NCBI GenBank assembly: GCA_036274075.1
Contig: DASUGK010000115.1
Coordinates: 34,944 to 98,943, forward strand
Origin: Steroidobacteraceae bacterium
Lineage (GTDB): Bacteria; Pseudomonadota; Gammaproteobacteria; Steroidobacterales; Steroidobacteraceae
DNA: 64,000 bases
Reading direction: 5' to 3'
Shown: piece by piece, positions 41,129-49,977 of the stretch
Position numbering within the stretch: position 1 is the stretch's first letter
Layout of the letters: each line of letters opens with the position of its first letter
Position numbers and translations under genes: made by a program
Notes under the pieces: generated by a model
What the model was told of the DNA's origin: nothing
Databases searched by the model: none
The model's input: the letters and a program-made list of their open reading frames with translations, nothing else

Positions 41129-43383
41129 GCTCGCTCCTTCCTGGGTTCGGCGCGCCTTTCGCGCGCCACTGTCTGTCGGGTTCCGTCAGTTACCGGCAAG
41201 GATACACGCACGCGCGCGCCACCTTCCGGCCGATTGTCGGCCTCCACGCGGCCGCCGTGTTCCTCGACGATCTTTTTTACAATCGCGAGCCCCAGGCCGG
41301 TGCCCTTCGGCTTGCTGGTCACATAGGGGTCGAATACTCGCCCCAGTACCTCGCGCGTGAAGCCGGGACCATTGTCACTTACCGTAATCGTGGCGTACTC
41401 GGCCCCGGCCGCGGTTTCCAGCCTCGTAGCCACCATGACCCGCCCGGAAGGCGAATGTTCCACGGCCTCGACCGCGTTGACGATGAGGTTGTTGAGGATC
41501 TGGCGCACGCGGCCGCGGTCGGCTTCGACCAGGTCGATGTGCGGATCGGCGTCGACTTCGATCTGCACCGCCGCTTCCTGCACGCGGTGCAGGTCGGCCA
41601 CTTCGGCGACCAGCGCATTGAGCGGGAACTTGGTCACCTTCATGTCCGGTGCGCGCGCGTACTCGCTGAAGGCGTTGACCATGGCCTTCATGGCCTCCAC
41701 CTGCTGCACGATGGTGTAGGTCGCGCGGTCCAGCACCTGCGCGTCCTCGCCCTTCATGTGCTCCAGGTAGCGGCGCCGCATGCGCTCGGCCGACAGCTGG
41801 ATGGGTGTCAGCGGATTCTTGATCTCGTGCGCGAGGCGCCGCGCGACCTCGCCCCATGCCGCGTCGCGCTGCGCCTGCAGGAGCGCGCTGATGTCGTCGA
41901 ACACGATGACGTATCCGCCCTGGCGCTCCGCGTCGTCCTCGGCGTGTTCGTTGCCGGGCAGCGGCGTGCAGGCGCACACCAGCACGCGCGCGCCGGCCAT
42001 CTCGGGCTTGAGGTCCATCTGCTCGCGCCATTCCTCTTCGCCGCGCGCCAGGCGCGAGCTGACTTCGCCGACGAAGCGCGCGAAACGCGGGTTGTCCGCG
42101 GTGAGCGCCTCCAGCGGCTGGCCCACGCCCTGCTCGAGGTCGACGCCGAGAATGCTGCTGGCCGCGTGGTTGGCGCTGCGCAGCACCAGGTCGCGGCCGA
42201 TGGCGATGACGCCGGTAGTCAGGCGCGCCAGGATGATCGACAGCCGCTCGCGTTCTCGTTCCACCGCCGTCTGGCTGCGCGTGGTCTCCTCGCGCGCGCG
42301 GCGCAGCCGCTTGGTCATGTCGTTGAACGAATGCACCAGGAAGCCCATCTCGTCGCGCGACGGCAGCGGCAGGCGCGTGCCGAAGTCGCCCTTGCCGACC
42401 GCGCGGGTACCCGCGATCAGGTCCTGCACCGGTCGCGTGAGCTTCTCGGCGGAGTAGATAGCGCCATATATCGCGGTAAGCATTGCCAACAGCAGCACCA
42501 GCGTCAAAGTCATCCGAAAGCTGTTCTTCACCGGCTCGCGTTGCGCTGACAGCTCGCCGTGCTGCGAATAGGATCGTTGCACGGCCTCGGATAAACGCGC
42601 GAGCTGCGGCGGCACCGGGTAGACGGCCACCACGAAGCGACCTTCGCTCGATCCCGGAGCAGCCGCGATAGGTGCCGCGGTGTTGATCAGGTAGTCGCCC
42701 TCCGACAGCGGCTCCAGGCTCCAGTAGGTATTTCCGCCCGCCATCGCGCGCGTCATCTCGGGCGTGGCGTAACGCGGCACGTTGGTCGAGATGTCGCCGG
42801 CGCTGCTGGCCGCGAGCACGCGGCCCAGCGAACCGTACACCACGATCTCGATGGCGCCGCTCTCGACGCGCTGCGTGTCGGTGGCCAGGTCCCAGTCGGA
42901 CACCGGGGTGGTGGCCAGCTCGCCCGCGAACAGCTCGGTACTGCGCGCGTACTCGCGCATGCGCACGTCCATCGCGGCCTTCGACAGCTCCAGCGCGTCG
43001 GTCAGGCCCTGCTTGATCTCCACCTTGAACCAGCTGTCGATGCCGCGGTTCAGGAACTCCAGGCTGAATAGATAGACGATGATCAGCGGCGCGATCACCA
43101 GCGAGCCGAAGATGGCCACCGTGCGCGCCGTGAGGCGCGAGCCGGGAACCTGCGCGCGGAACGCGCGCACCAGTTCGATGATCTTGCGCGCCAGCAGCAC
43201 GCTGACCGTGATCACCGCGATGGCGTTGACCAGCAGGATCCACGGCTGCAGCTTGCTGTACTGGACCGAGTTCTGGACCGACAGCGCGAGCAGCAGCAGC
43301 AGGCCGCCGCTCACCAGCACCCACAGTGCGATGAGTCCGAGGGTGCCGATCCTCCTCAGCGCTGCAGGGACCATGAGAACCAC
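41125..43383 (-). CDS. ntrY: sensor histidine kinase, NtrY-like (TM-HAMP-PAS-HisKA-HATPase)
   Basis: N-terminal TM bundle, a HAMP-like region, the H-box RLAHEIKNPLTPIQL, and ATPase motifs DNGPGF and GTGLGLAIV. Confidence 0.75.
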   Translation of the reverse strand: MVLMVPAALRRIGTLGLIALWVLVSGGLLLLLALSVQNSVQYSKLQPWILLVNAIAVITVSVLLARKIIELVRAFRAQVPGSRLTARTVAIFGSLVIAPLIIVYLFSLEFLNRGIDSWFKVEIKQGLTDALELSKAAMDVRMREYARSTELFAGELATTPVSDWDLATDTQRVESGAIEIVVYGSLGRVLAASSAGDISTNVPRYATPEMTRAMAGGNTYWSLEPLSEGDYLINTAAPIAAAPGSSEGRFVVAVYPVPPQLARLSEAVQRSYSQHGELSAQREPVKNSFRMTLTLVLLLAMLTAIYGAIYSAEKLTRPVQDLIAGTRAVGKGDFGTRLPLPSRDEMGFLVHSFNDMTKRLRRAREETTRSQTAVERERERLSIILARLTTGVIAIGRDLVLRSANHAASSILGVDLEQGVGQPLEALTADNPRFARFVGEVSSRLARGEEEWREQMDLKPEMAGARVLVCACTPLPGNEHAEDDAERQGGYVIVFDDISALLQAQRDAAWGEVARRLAHEIKNPLTPIQLSAERMRRRYLEHMKGEDAQVLDRATYTIVQQVEAMKAMVNAFSEYARAPDMKVTKFPLNALVAEVADLHRVQEAAVQIEVDADPHIDLVEADRGRVRQILNNLIVNAVEAVEHSPSGRVMVATRLETAAGAEYATITVSDNGPGFTREVLGRVFDPYVTSKPKGTGLGLAIVKKIVEEHGGRVEADNRPEGGARVRVSLPVTDGTRQTVARERRAEPRKERA

Positions 43384-43943
43384 TCGCTCTCGCGATGCCA
43401 GTCATCGGTCCAGAAGAGCAGCACCCGCATGGTGTCGGACAGGCGCCCGCGCCGGATCCCGGCGCGCAGCGAGACGCGGTACTGGCGCTTCGGCGACAGC
43501 TGCAGCGAGGTAACGATGGGCAATGCCTCGAAGGTGCCGAGCGCTTCGAGCGCCTCTTCCAGGGTGGCGTAGCTGTGCTGCTCGTTGCCGGAGGCGTCGA
43601 GGTCGCGGGTCAGGTAGCGGTCGCTGACCGCGTGGTAACTGAGCTCGCGATGCAGGGTCCTCTCGAAGATGGTCTCGTCCACCCAGAAGCGCCGTTCGCG
43701 CGAGACCACCACGTCGAGATCGAAGGAAAGTGTCAGGCCGTCCTTGAGCGCCGCCCGGATGTCGTCGTTCACCGGATACGCCACGCGCGCGAACAACTGC
43801 AACGAGCCCTGTTCGACGGTCACGTAAGCCGAGCGCACCTCGAGCACGCCATCGAGCGCATCGGCGCGCGACGGCGAAACCGAGCCGGCGCCGAAGGCGG
43901 CGAACAGCAGCATCAGGAGAACGGGCGCGCGGCGCGGATACAT
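43356..43943 (-). CDS. DUF4390 domain protein (exported)
   Basis: Signal peptide. Occupies the conserved position between rsmB and ntrY that I know from beta/gammaproteobacteria. Confidence 0.6.
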   Translation of the reverse strand: MYPRRAPVLLMLLFAAFGAGSVSPSRADALDGVLEVRSAYVTVEQGSLQLFARVAYPVNDDIRAALKDGLTLSFDLDVVVSRERRFWVDETIFERTLHRELSYHAVSDRYLTRDLDASGNEQHSYATLEEALEALGTFEALPIVTSLQLSPKRQYRVSLRAGIRRGRLSDTMRVLLFWTDDWHRESEWFSWSLQR

Positions 43944-43960
43944 CGAGGTCCTGGAATTCC

Positions 43961-45337
43961 CTAGGTCGTCAGTTTATGGATGCAGGCATAGTAGAAGCCA
44001 TCGGTACCTGCATCGCCACCCGGCAGCAGCTGCCAGCCGACACTGCGCTCGATGAGTCCCGGCGGCCGCGGCAGTCCGTCCGGCCAGGCGCCCGCGGCGG
44101 CGCGAGGTTCGCCGGCCAGCAGGGCCGCGACCACGTGCTCGTTTTCATCCGGCAGTACCGAACAGGTGCAGTAGATGAGACGCCCGCCGGGCCGCAGTAG
44201 TTCGAAAGCCGTGCGCAAAATCTGTCGTTGAGTGGTCGCGAAGGCGCCGATGTCGCCCGGCCGGCGCAGCAGCTTGATGTCCGGGTGCCGGCGGATGACG
44301 CCGCTGCCGGAACAGGGGGCGTCCACCAGCGCGCGGTCGAAGGACGCCGGCGCCAGCGAGGGCGGCCGCGTGCGCAGGTCCGCTGCGAGCAGCAGCGCCT
44401 GCCGTCCCGCCCGCTCGAGGTTCTGGCGCACGCGCTGCAGGCGCAGCGGGTCGTGATCCGCGGCGACGATTTCCGCCAGATCGGGCGTGCGCTGGGCGAT
44501 GTGCAGGGTCTTGCCGCCGGGCGCGGCACAGGCGTCCAGCACCCGCGTGCCGGGCTGTGCATCGAGCAGCGGCGCGGCGAGCTGCGCGCCCAGGTCCTGT
44601 ACCGACACCGCGCCGGAATCGAAGCCCGGCAGGATCTGCACCGGCGCCGCGTGCTCGAGCACCACCGCGTCGGGATTCCAGTCGACGGCACGCGCGTCGC
44701 GGCCGAGGGCGCGCCAGGAGCGCAGGAAATCCGTGACCGTGAGCTGCGCGGGGTCGACGCGCAGCGCCATGGGCGGATGCAGGTTGTTGGCAGCCAGCAT
44801 GGGCTCGGCCCGTTCTTTCCAGGCCTCGACCAGTGCATCGACCAGCCAGCGCGGATGGGCGTGGCGCTGCGCGAGGTCCTGGTCCGCGGCGGCTAACAAC
44901 CCGGCGCGCTGCGCGACGAACTTGCGCAGCACCGCGTTGACCATGCCGCTGGCGCGCCCTTCGCCCACGATGCGACTGGCGTCCACCGCCAGGTGCACCT
45001 GCGCCTCCGCGGCGCCGCGCGAGTACTCCACCTGGTGGGCCGCGGTCACCAGCAGCGCCGCGAGCTTCGGCGACAACTCGTCGAACGGCCGGCTCAGCAG
45101 CGGCGCCAGCGCGGGTGCCAGGCGGAGGTACCAGCGCATCGTGCCCAGCGCGACCGCGCGCACCGCCGCGCGATCGGTGCGTGCCTGCGCGGCCTCGAGG
45201 GCGTCGTCGGACGAGCGGCCTTCGTTGACCACCGCGTGCACCGCGAGCGCGGCCTGCGCGAGAGTCATGGCCCCGGGTGCGTGGCGCTCGCGCCGCGGTC
45301 CGGCGCCTGCGCCTGGCTTGCGACGAGGCGACTTCAT
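43961..45337 (-). CDS. rsmB: 16S rRNA (cytosine967-C5)-methyltransferase
   Basis: N-terminal NusB-like domain. SAM motif DACAAPGGKT and catalytic region DAPCSGSGVIRRHPD. Lies downstream of fmt. Confidence 0.88.
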   Translation of the reverse strand: MKSPRRKPGAGAGPRRERHAPGAMTLAQAALAVHAVVNEGRSSDDALEAAQARTDRAAVRAVALGTMRWYLRLAPALAPLLSRPFDELSPKLAALLVTAAHQVEYSRGAAEAQVHLAVDASRIVGEGRASGMVNAVLRKFVAQRAGLLAAADQDLAQRHAHPRWLVDALVEAWKERAEPMLAANNLHPPMALRVDPAQLTVTDFLRSWRALGRDARAVDWNPDAVVLEHAAPVQILPGFDSGAVSVQDLGAQLAAPLLDAQPGTRVLDACAAPGGKTLHIAQRTPDLAEIVAADHDPLRLQRVRQNLERAGRQALLLAADLRTRPPSLAPASFDRALVDAPCSGSGVIRRHPDIKLLRRPGDIGAFATTQRQILRTAFELLRPGGRLIYCTCSVLPDENEHVVAALLAGEPRAAAGAWPDGLPRPPGLIERSVGWQLLPGGDAGTDGFYYACIHKLTT

Positions 45338-46275
45338 GCGCCCAACCGTGCGCCGGCGATGCGCACGCCGTTGGCGAAATCGCGCGCCGATACCGGCCGC
45401 TTGCCGGCACGCTGCAACTCGCGCAGCTGCACCACGCCTTCACCGCAGGCCACGCGCAGGCCTGAGTCGTCCAGGCCTAGCAAGCTGCCCGGCTCGCCGG
45501 CGCGGCCCGCCGCGTCGAGCAGGCGCGAACGCAGGATGCGCAGCGGTTGCCCGTCCAGGCGAGTCTCGGCCACGGGCCAGGGATTGAAGGCGCGGATCTG
45601 CCGGTCGATGTGTGTCGCCGGGGAATTCCAGTCGATGAGCGCCTCGGATTTTTCGATCTTGGGCGCGTAGGTCGCGCCCGCGGAAGGCTGCGCGCGGCCC
45701 GGGAGCGTGCCCGCCGCAAGACCGTCGATGGCTTCGAGCAGGGCCGCGGCGCCGAGTTCGGCAAGCGCGTCGTGCAGGTCGCCCGCGGTGTCGTCGGCGC
45801 CGATGGCGCGGCGCCTTTCGAGCAGCATCGGCCCGGTATCCAGCCCCTCGTCCAGCTGCATGATGGTGATGCCGGTTTCCGCGTCACCGGCGAGCAGCGC
45901 GCGCTGGATCGGCGCCGCGCCACGCCAGCGCGGCAACAGCGAGCCGTGGATGTTGAGGCAGCCCAGGCGCGGCAGCGCCAGCGCCGCGGCGGGCAGGATC
46001 AGGCCGTACGCCACCACCACCATCAGGTCCGGCGACCACTCGCGCAGCGACCCGAGCCCTTCCGGTGTCTTCAGGGTCTGCGGCTGCGCCACCGGCACGC
46101 CGCGCTCCGCCGCGAGTAGTTTGACCGGCGAGGCGCGCAGCTCGCGGCCCCGCCCCGCGGGCCGGTCCGGCTGCGTGAGCACGCCCACCACCCGGTGGTG
46201 CGAATCGAGCAGCGCGCGCAACGCGGGCAACGCGAATTGCGGCGTACCCGCGAACGCTATGCGTAGGGATGTCAT
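45334..46275 (-). CDS. fmt: methionyl-tRNA formyltransferase
   Basis: Contains RIAFAGTPQFA, NIHGSLLPRWRGAAPIQRA and the def-fmt-rsmB context. Confidence 0.92.
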   Translation of the reverse strand: MTSLRIAFAGTPQFALPALRALLDSHHRVVGVLTQPDRPAGRGRELRASPVKLLAAERGVPVAQPQTLKTPEGLGSLREWSPDLMVVVAYGLILPAAALALPRLGCLNIHGSLLPRWRGAAPIQRALLAGDAETGITIMQLDEGLDTGPMLLERRRAIGADDTAGDLHDALAELGAAALLEAIDGLAAGTLPGRAQPSAGATYAPKIEKSEALIDWNSPATHIDRQIRAFNPWPVAETRLDGQPLRILRSRLLDAAGRAGEPGSLLGLDDSGLRVACGEGVVQLRELQRAGKRPVSARDFANGVRIAGARLGA

Positions 46276-46308
46276 CGGGACGCCCGAGGGCCGGGGACGG
46301 CGCTCGGT

Positions 46309-46848
46309 TCAGTAGGCGCGCGCCGTGGCGGACTCGCGCGTGCGGCTGGCGCGTTCCTTGCGATCCTTCTCGAGCTTCTTGCGAATGCGTTCGCGCTTGA
46401 GATCCGACAGGTAATCGACGAACAGCTTGCCCTCGAGGTGATCCATCTCGTGCTGCAGGCAGACGGCGGCGAGGCCTTCGAGTTCGACTTCGAAGGACTT
46501 GCCCGAGGCGTCCTGGGCGCGGGCGCGCACCTTCACCGGGCGCTTCACCTCGTCAAATATGCCGGGCACGGACAGGCAGCCCTCTTCGGTCACCCCCATG
46601 CCTTCAGCCGCCAGGATTTCCGGATTGCAGAACACCTGCGGCTGATCCTTCGTCTCGGAAACATCCATGACAATCAAGCGCTTATGGAAGTCCACCTGGG
46701 TCGCGGCCAGGCCGATGCCGGGGGCGGCGTACATGGTCTCGAACATGTCCTCGACCTGCTTGGCCAACGCCGCGTCGAACACCTCGACGGGGGTCGCCTT
46801 GGTGCGAAGACGGGGGTCCGGGTACTCAAGAATTTGCAGGCGCGCCAT
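46309..46848 (-). CDS. def: peptide deformylase
   Basis: The three PDF motifs are present: [17 protein letters not shown] and QHEMDHL. Confidence 0.93.
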   Translation of the reverse strand: MARLQILEYPDPRLRTKATPVEVFDAALAKQVEDMFETMYAAPGIGLAATQVDFHKRLIVMDVSETKDQPQVFCNPEILAAEGMGVTEEGCLSVPGIFDEVKRPVKVRARAQDASGKSFEVELEGLAAVCLQHEMDHLEGKLFVDYLSDLKRERIRKKLEKDRKERASRTRESATARAY

Positions 46849-47032
46849 GATGTTCTGCTCGATTGCTGCTAATGTTTGGATGATTCGGTCGTGGACAAGG
46901 ACTGCCGGTACGCCCGGGAGTTCTGTCCCGTGATCCAGCGCACAGACTTGACAATAGATCGAGCCCTAACGTGCCGCGGCGGATTATAACAGTGGGGTCC
47001 GCTTGCCCCACTTACGGATTGAGGAGTGGAGG

Positions 47033-48274
47033 ATGTTTTCGAATCAACAACTTAAAGAGTCGCGCGTACTCGCCCGGGTAACGCCGCGCCTCCTGGGTCT
47101 CATGGCCTTCTTTGCCGCCGCCGTGCTCCTGGCGGGCTGCCAGACGGCGCCCGAGGAATTTCCTCGCGCCGCCGCTCCGCCGCCGCCGCCCGCAGCCGCC
47201 GAGTCCGCGGATCCGGCCAATGACATGACCGCGACCGAAGCGGCCATCGCGGCAATGAACGAGATGGCGCCCGCCGAGGCTCCCGCGCAGACCGCGCAGC
47301 TCATCCGCCCCGACGCGCCGATGAACTACACCGTCAAGCGTGGCGACACGCTGTGGGATATCGCGGCGGTGTTCCTCAAGGACCCCTGGTTCTGGCCCGA
47401 GATCTGGCAGATCAATCCGCAGGTCGAGAATCCGCACCTTATTTATCCCGGCGACGTGCTGTCGCTGGCCTACGGCGCCAACGGCGACGCGCACGTCAGC
47501 ATCTCGCAATACAGCGGTGCGCGCCTGCAGCCGCGCCTGCGCAGCGAAGGGCTCGACGGACCCGTGGACGCGCTGCCCTACTCCGCGATCGCGGCGTTCC
47601 TGTCCAAGCCCAGCGTGCTGGTCGAGGAACAGATCCTCAGCGCCCCGCACATCCTCGCGTTCCGTGACCAGCACATGATCGGCGGCACCGGGCACGAGGC
47701 CTACGTGCAGAACCTGAATGCGCCGCTCAACCAGCGTTTCACGGTCATGCACGTGGGCGAGCCCATCGTCGACTTCGAGACCAATGAACTCATCGGCTAC
47801 CAGGCGGCTTACGTCGCCACGGCCGTGGTCAACAATCCGGGCAAGATCACCAAGACCGTGCTGACCGAAGGTGCGCGCGAAGCGCTGCGCGGCGATCGCC
47901 TGATCGCGCAGGAAGGCGACGTGCCGCTGACCTTCACGCCGCACGCGCCCAAGGGCCAGATCGATGGCCAGATCATCGCGATCGCGGACGAGGCCACGGA
48001 AGTCGGCCAATACCAGGTGGTCGTGTTGAATCGCGGCGACCGCCATGGCCTGACCACGGGCGCGGTGCTGGCGGTGGACCAGCGCGGTGAAGTCGTGCGG
48101 GACGTCTGGAACCGTCGTCCTTTCGGCAAGGATCCGCACGGCGCCGTGGTGGAGTTGCCGTACGAACGCGCCGGCACGCTGATCGTCTTCAAGGTCTTCG
48201 ACCGCGTGAGCTACGGCCTGATCATCGGCGCGCGCGCCCCGATCCAGGTGGCGGACCGCGCGTACTCGCCCTGA
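47033..48274 (+). CDS. LysM domain-containing protein
   Basis: GGAGTGGAGG SD before ATG 47033. Signal/lipobox-like LLAGC. LysM segment YTVKRGDTLWDIAAVFL...YPGDVLSL. Confidence 0.75.
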   Translation: MFSNQQLKESRVLARVTPRLLGLMAFFAAAVLLAGCQTAPEEFPRAAAPPPPPAAAESADPANDMTATEAAIAAMNEMAPAEAPAQTAQLIRPDAPMNYTVKRGDTLWDIAAVFLKDPWFWPEIWQINPQVENPHLIYPGDVLSLAYGANGDAHVSISQYSGARLQPRLRSEGLDGPVDALPYSAIAAFLSKPSVLVEEQILSAPHILAFRDQHMIGGTGHEAYVQNLNAPLNQRFTVMHVGEPIVDFETNELIGYQAAYVATAVVNNPGKITKTVLTEGAREALRGDRLIAQEGDVPLTFTPHAPKGQIDGQIIAIADEATEVGQYQVVVLNRGDRHGLTTGAVLAVDQRGEVVRDVWNRRPFGKDPHGAVVELPYERAGTLIVFKVFDRVSYGLIIGARAPIQVADRAYSP

Positions 48275-48297
48275 TCTGAAACCAGTCATTCGCAGCA

Positions 48298-48332
48298 GAA
48301 AGGGCCAGTCTTCGGACTGGCCCTTTCCTTTT
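48298..48332 (+). terminator. rho-independent terminator after the LysM gene
   Basis: GAAAGGGCCAGTC-TTCG-GACTGGCCCTTTC stem-loop followed by CTTTT. Confidence 0.75.
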
Positions 48333-48343
48333 AGGCTGGTGTC

Positions 48344-49471
48344 ATGGAAGACCAGCCCGAACTCCCGCCGCGACGCCTGTGCCTGGCCGCGAGGACGCCA
48401 GCACTCGGCGCCGGCGCGCTGGCCGCGATCACGGCCGAGAGTCCCGATCTCGAGGTGATCGAATTTCCGGACGCCACGCGGCTGGCGCAACTCGGCCTGA
48501 CCAAGGCCGGCATCGCGTGGCTGCTGTCACCCGATCGCGCGCGCATCGATGCGGACCTGCGCTGGCTCGAGGCCTCGGGCTGCACGCTGCTGCCGGCCAC
48601 CAGCGACGCGTACCCCGAGTTGCTGCGCCAGTCGCCCGACGCTCCCGCCGTGTTGTGGGTGCGCGGGAAGGCGGCGGCGCTGTCCGAGCCGCAGCTCGCG
48701 ATGGTGGGCAGCCGCAGTCCCACCGCGGGCGGACGCGCCACGGCGCGCGAGTTCGCCGCGCGCTTCGCGCGCGTTGGGCTCATCATCACCAGCGGCCTCG
48801 CGCTGGGCATCGACGCCGCCTGCCATGAAGGCGCGCTGGACGCCGAAGGATTAACGATCGCCGTGCTGGGCCATGGCCTCGACAGCGTGTACCCGCGCGA
48901 ACACCAGCACCTCGCCAGCCGCATCGCCGGCAGCGGCGCGCTCGTGTCCGAGTTCGCGCCGGGCACCCCTCCCCTTCACCATCATTTTCCGCGGCGCAAT
49001 CGCATCATCGCGGGCCTGTCGCACGGGACCCTGGTGGTCGAAGCGGCCCAGGATTCGGGCTCGCTGATCACGGCCCGGCTGGCTGGCGCCGCCGGCCGCG
49101 AGGTGTTCGCCGTCCCCGGATCCATCCACAATCCGCTCGCGCGCGGCTGCCACGAGCTGATCCGGCAGGGAGCCAAGCTGGTGGAAGGCATCGAGGACGT
49201 CCTGGCCGAGCTCAAGATTTCCCTTTGTCACCAACTACTTGCGCAACCCCAGGCGGCACCGCCGCAGACGCCCGCGGCGGCGCCCGCGTTGGACAAGGCA
49301 TACAAAATCCTGTTAGATGCGCTCGCCTTCGAGCCGGCGAGCGTCGATAGCTTGATCGAACGCACGGGCATGAACAGCGAATCGATCGCCTCGATGCTGC
49401 TGATCCTGGAGCTCGACGGCCACGTGGCGCCGCACCCCGGCGGCCGATACAGCCGCATGGCGGGACATTAG
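48344..49471 (+). CDS. dprA: DNA-processing protein DprA (Smf)
   Basis: Rossmann-like core MVGSRSPTAGGRATA...ITSGLALGIDAACHEGAL. Sits in the def-side dprA-smg-topA context. Confidence 0.88.
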   Translation: MEDQPELPPRRLCLAARTPALGAGALAAITAESPDLEVIEFPDATRLAQLGLTKAGIAWLLSPDRARIDADLRWLEASGCTLLPATSDAYPELLRQSPDAPAVLWVRGKAAALSEPQLAMVGSRSPTAGGRATAREFAARFARVGLIITSGLALGIDAACHEGALDAEGLTIAVLGHGLDSVYPREHQHLASRIAGSGALVSEFAPGTPPLHHHFPRRNRIIAGLSHGTLVVEAAQDSGSLITARLAGAAGREVFAVPGSIHNPLARGCHELIRQGAKLVEGIEDVLAELKISLCHQLLAQPQAAPPQTPAAAPALDKAYKILLDALAFEPASVDSLIERTGMNSESIASMLLILELDGHVAPHPGGRYSRMAGH

Positions 49472-49488
49472 TCTTCTACGGCGACAGC

Positions 49489-49971
49489 ATGACCGGAAGT
49501 GTTCTAGACATTCTTATTTACGTGTTCGACCAGTACATGCTGGCCGAACTGCCCGAAGTCCCCGAGCGCGAGACGCTCGCCGCGGACCTCGAGCGCGCCG
49601 GGTTCGGGCGTCACGATGTCGAGCGCGCGCTCGACTGGCTCGCGGACCTCGCGGGCGAACGCTCGCGCCCCGAGATCACCGCCAACCGCGCCATCCGGGT
49701 GTTCTCGGAACTCGAAGTCGAACGCATCCCGGCCGCCTGCCGCGGCTACCTGCTGCAGCTCGAGACCGACGGCATCCTCTCGCCCCTGCAACGCGAAATC
49801 GTGATCGACCGGCTGGTCGCGCTCGAAAGCGACAAGTACGGCGACGAAGTCGACATCGACCGCCTCAAGTGGCTGGTGCTGATGGTGCTGTCGAGCCAGC
49901 CCGGGCAGGAACAGGCTTGCGCACGCATGGAAGATCTCGTGTTCGAAGACCCCCCAGCTCTCCCGAATTAG
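49489..49971 (+). CDS. smg: Smg (DUF494) protein
   Basis: N-terminus VLDILIYVFDQYM, ~160 aa, located between dprA and topA. Confidence 0.8.
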   Translation: MTGSVLDILIYVFDQYMLAELPEVPERETLAADLERAGFGRHDVERALDWLADLAGERSRPEITANRAIRVFSELEVERIPAACRGYLLQLETDGILSPLQREIVIDRLVALESDKYGDEVDIDRLKWLVLMVLSSQPGQEQACARMEDLVFEDPPALPN

Positions 49972-49977
49972 GACGCG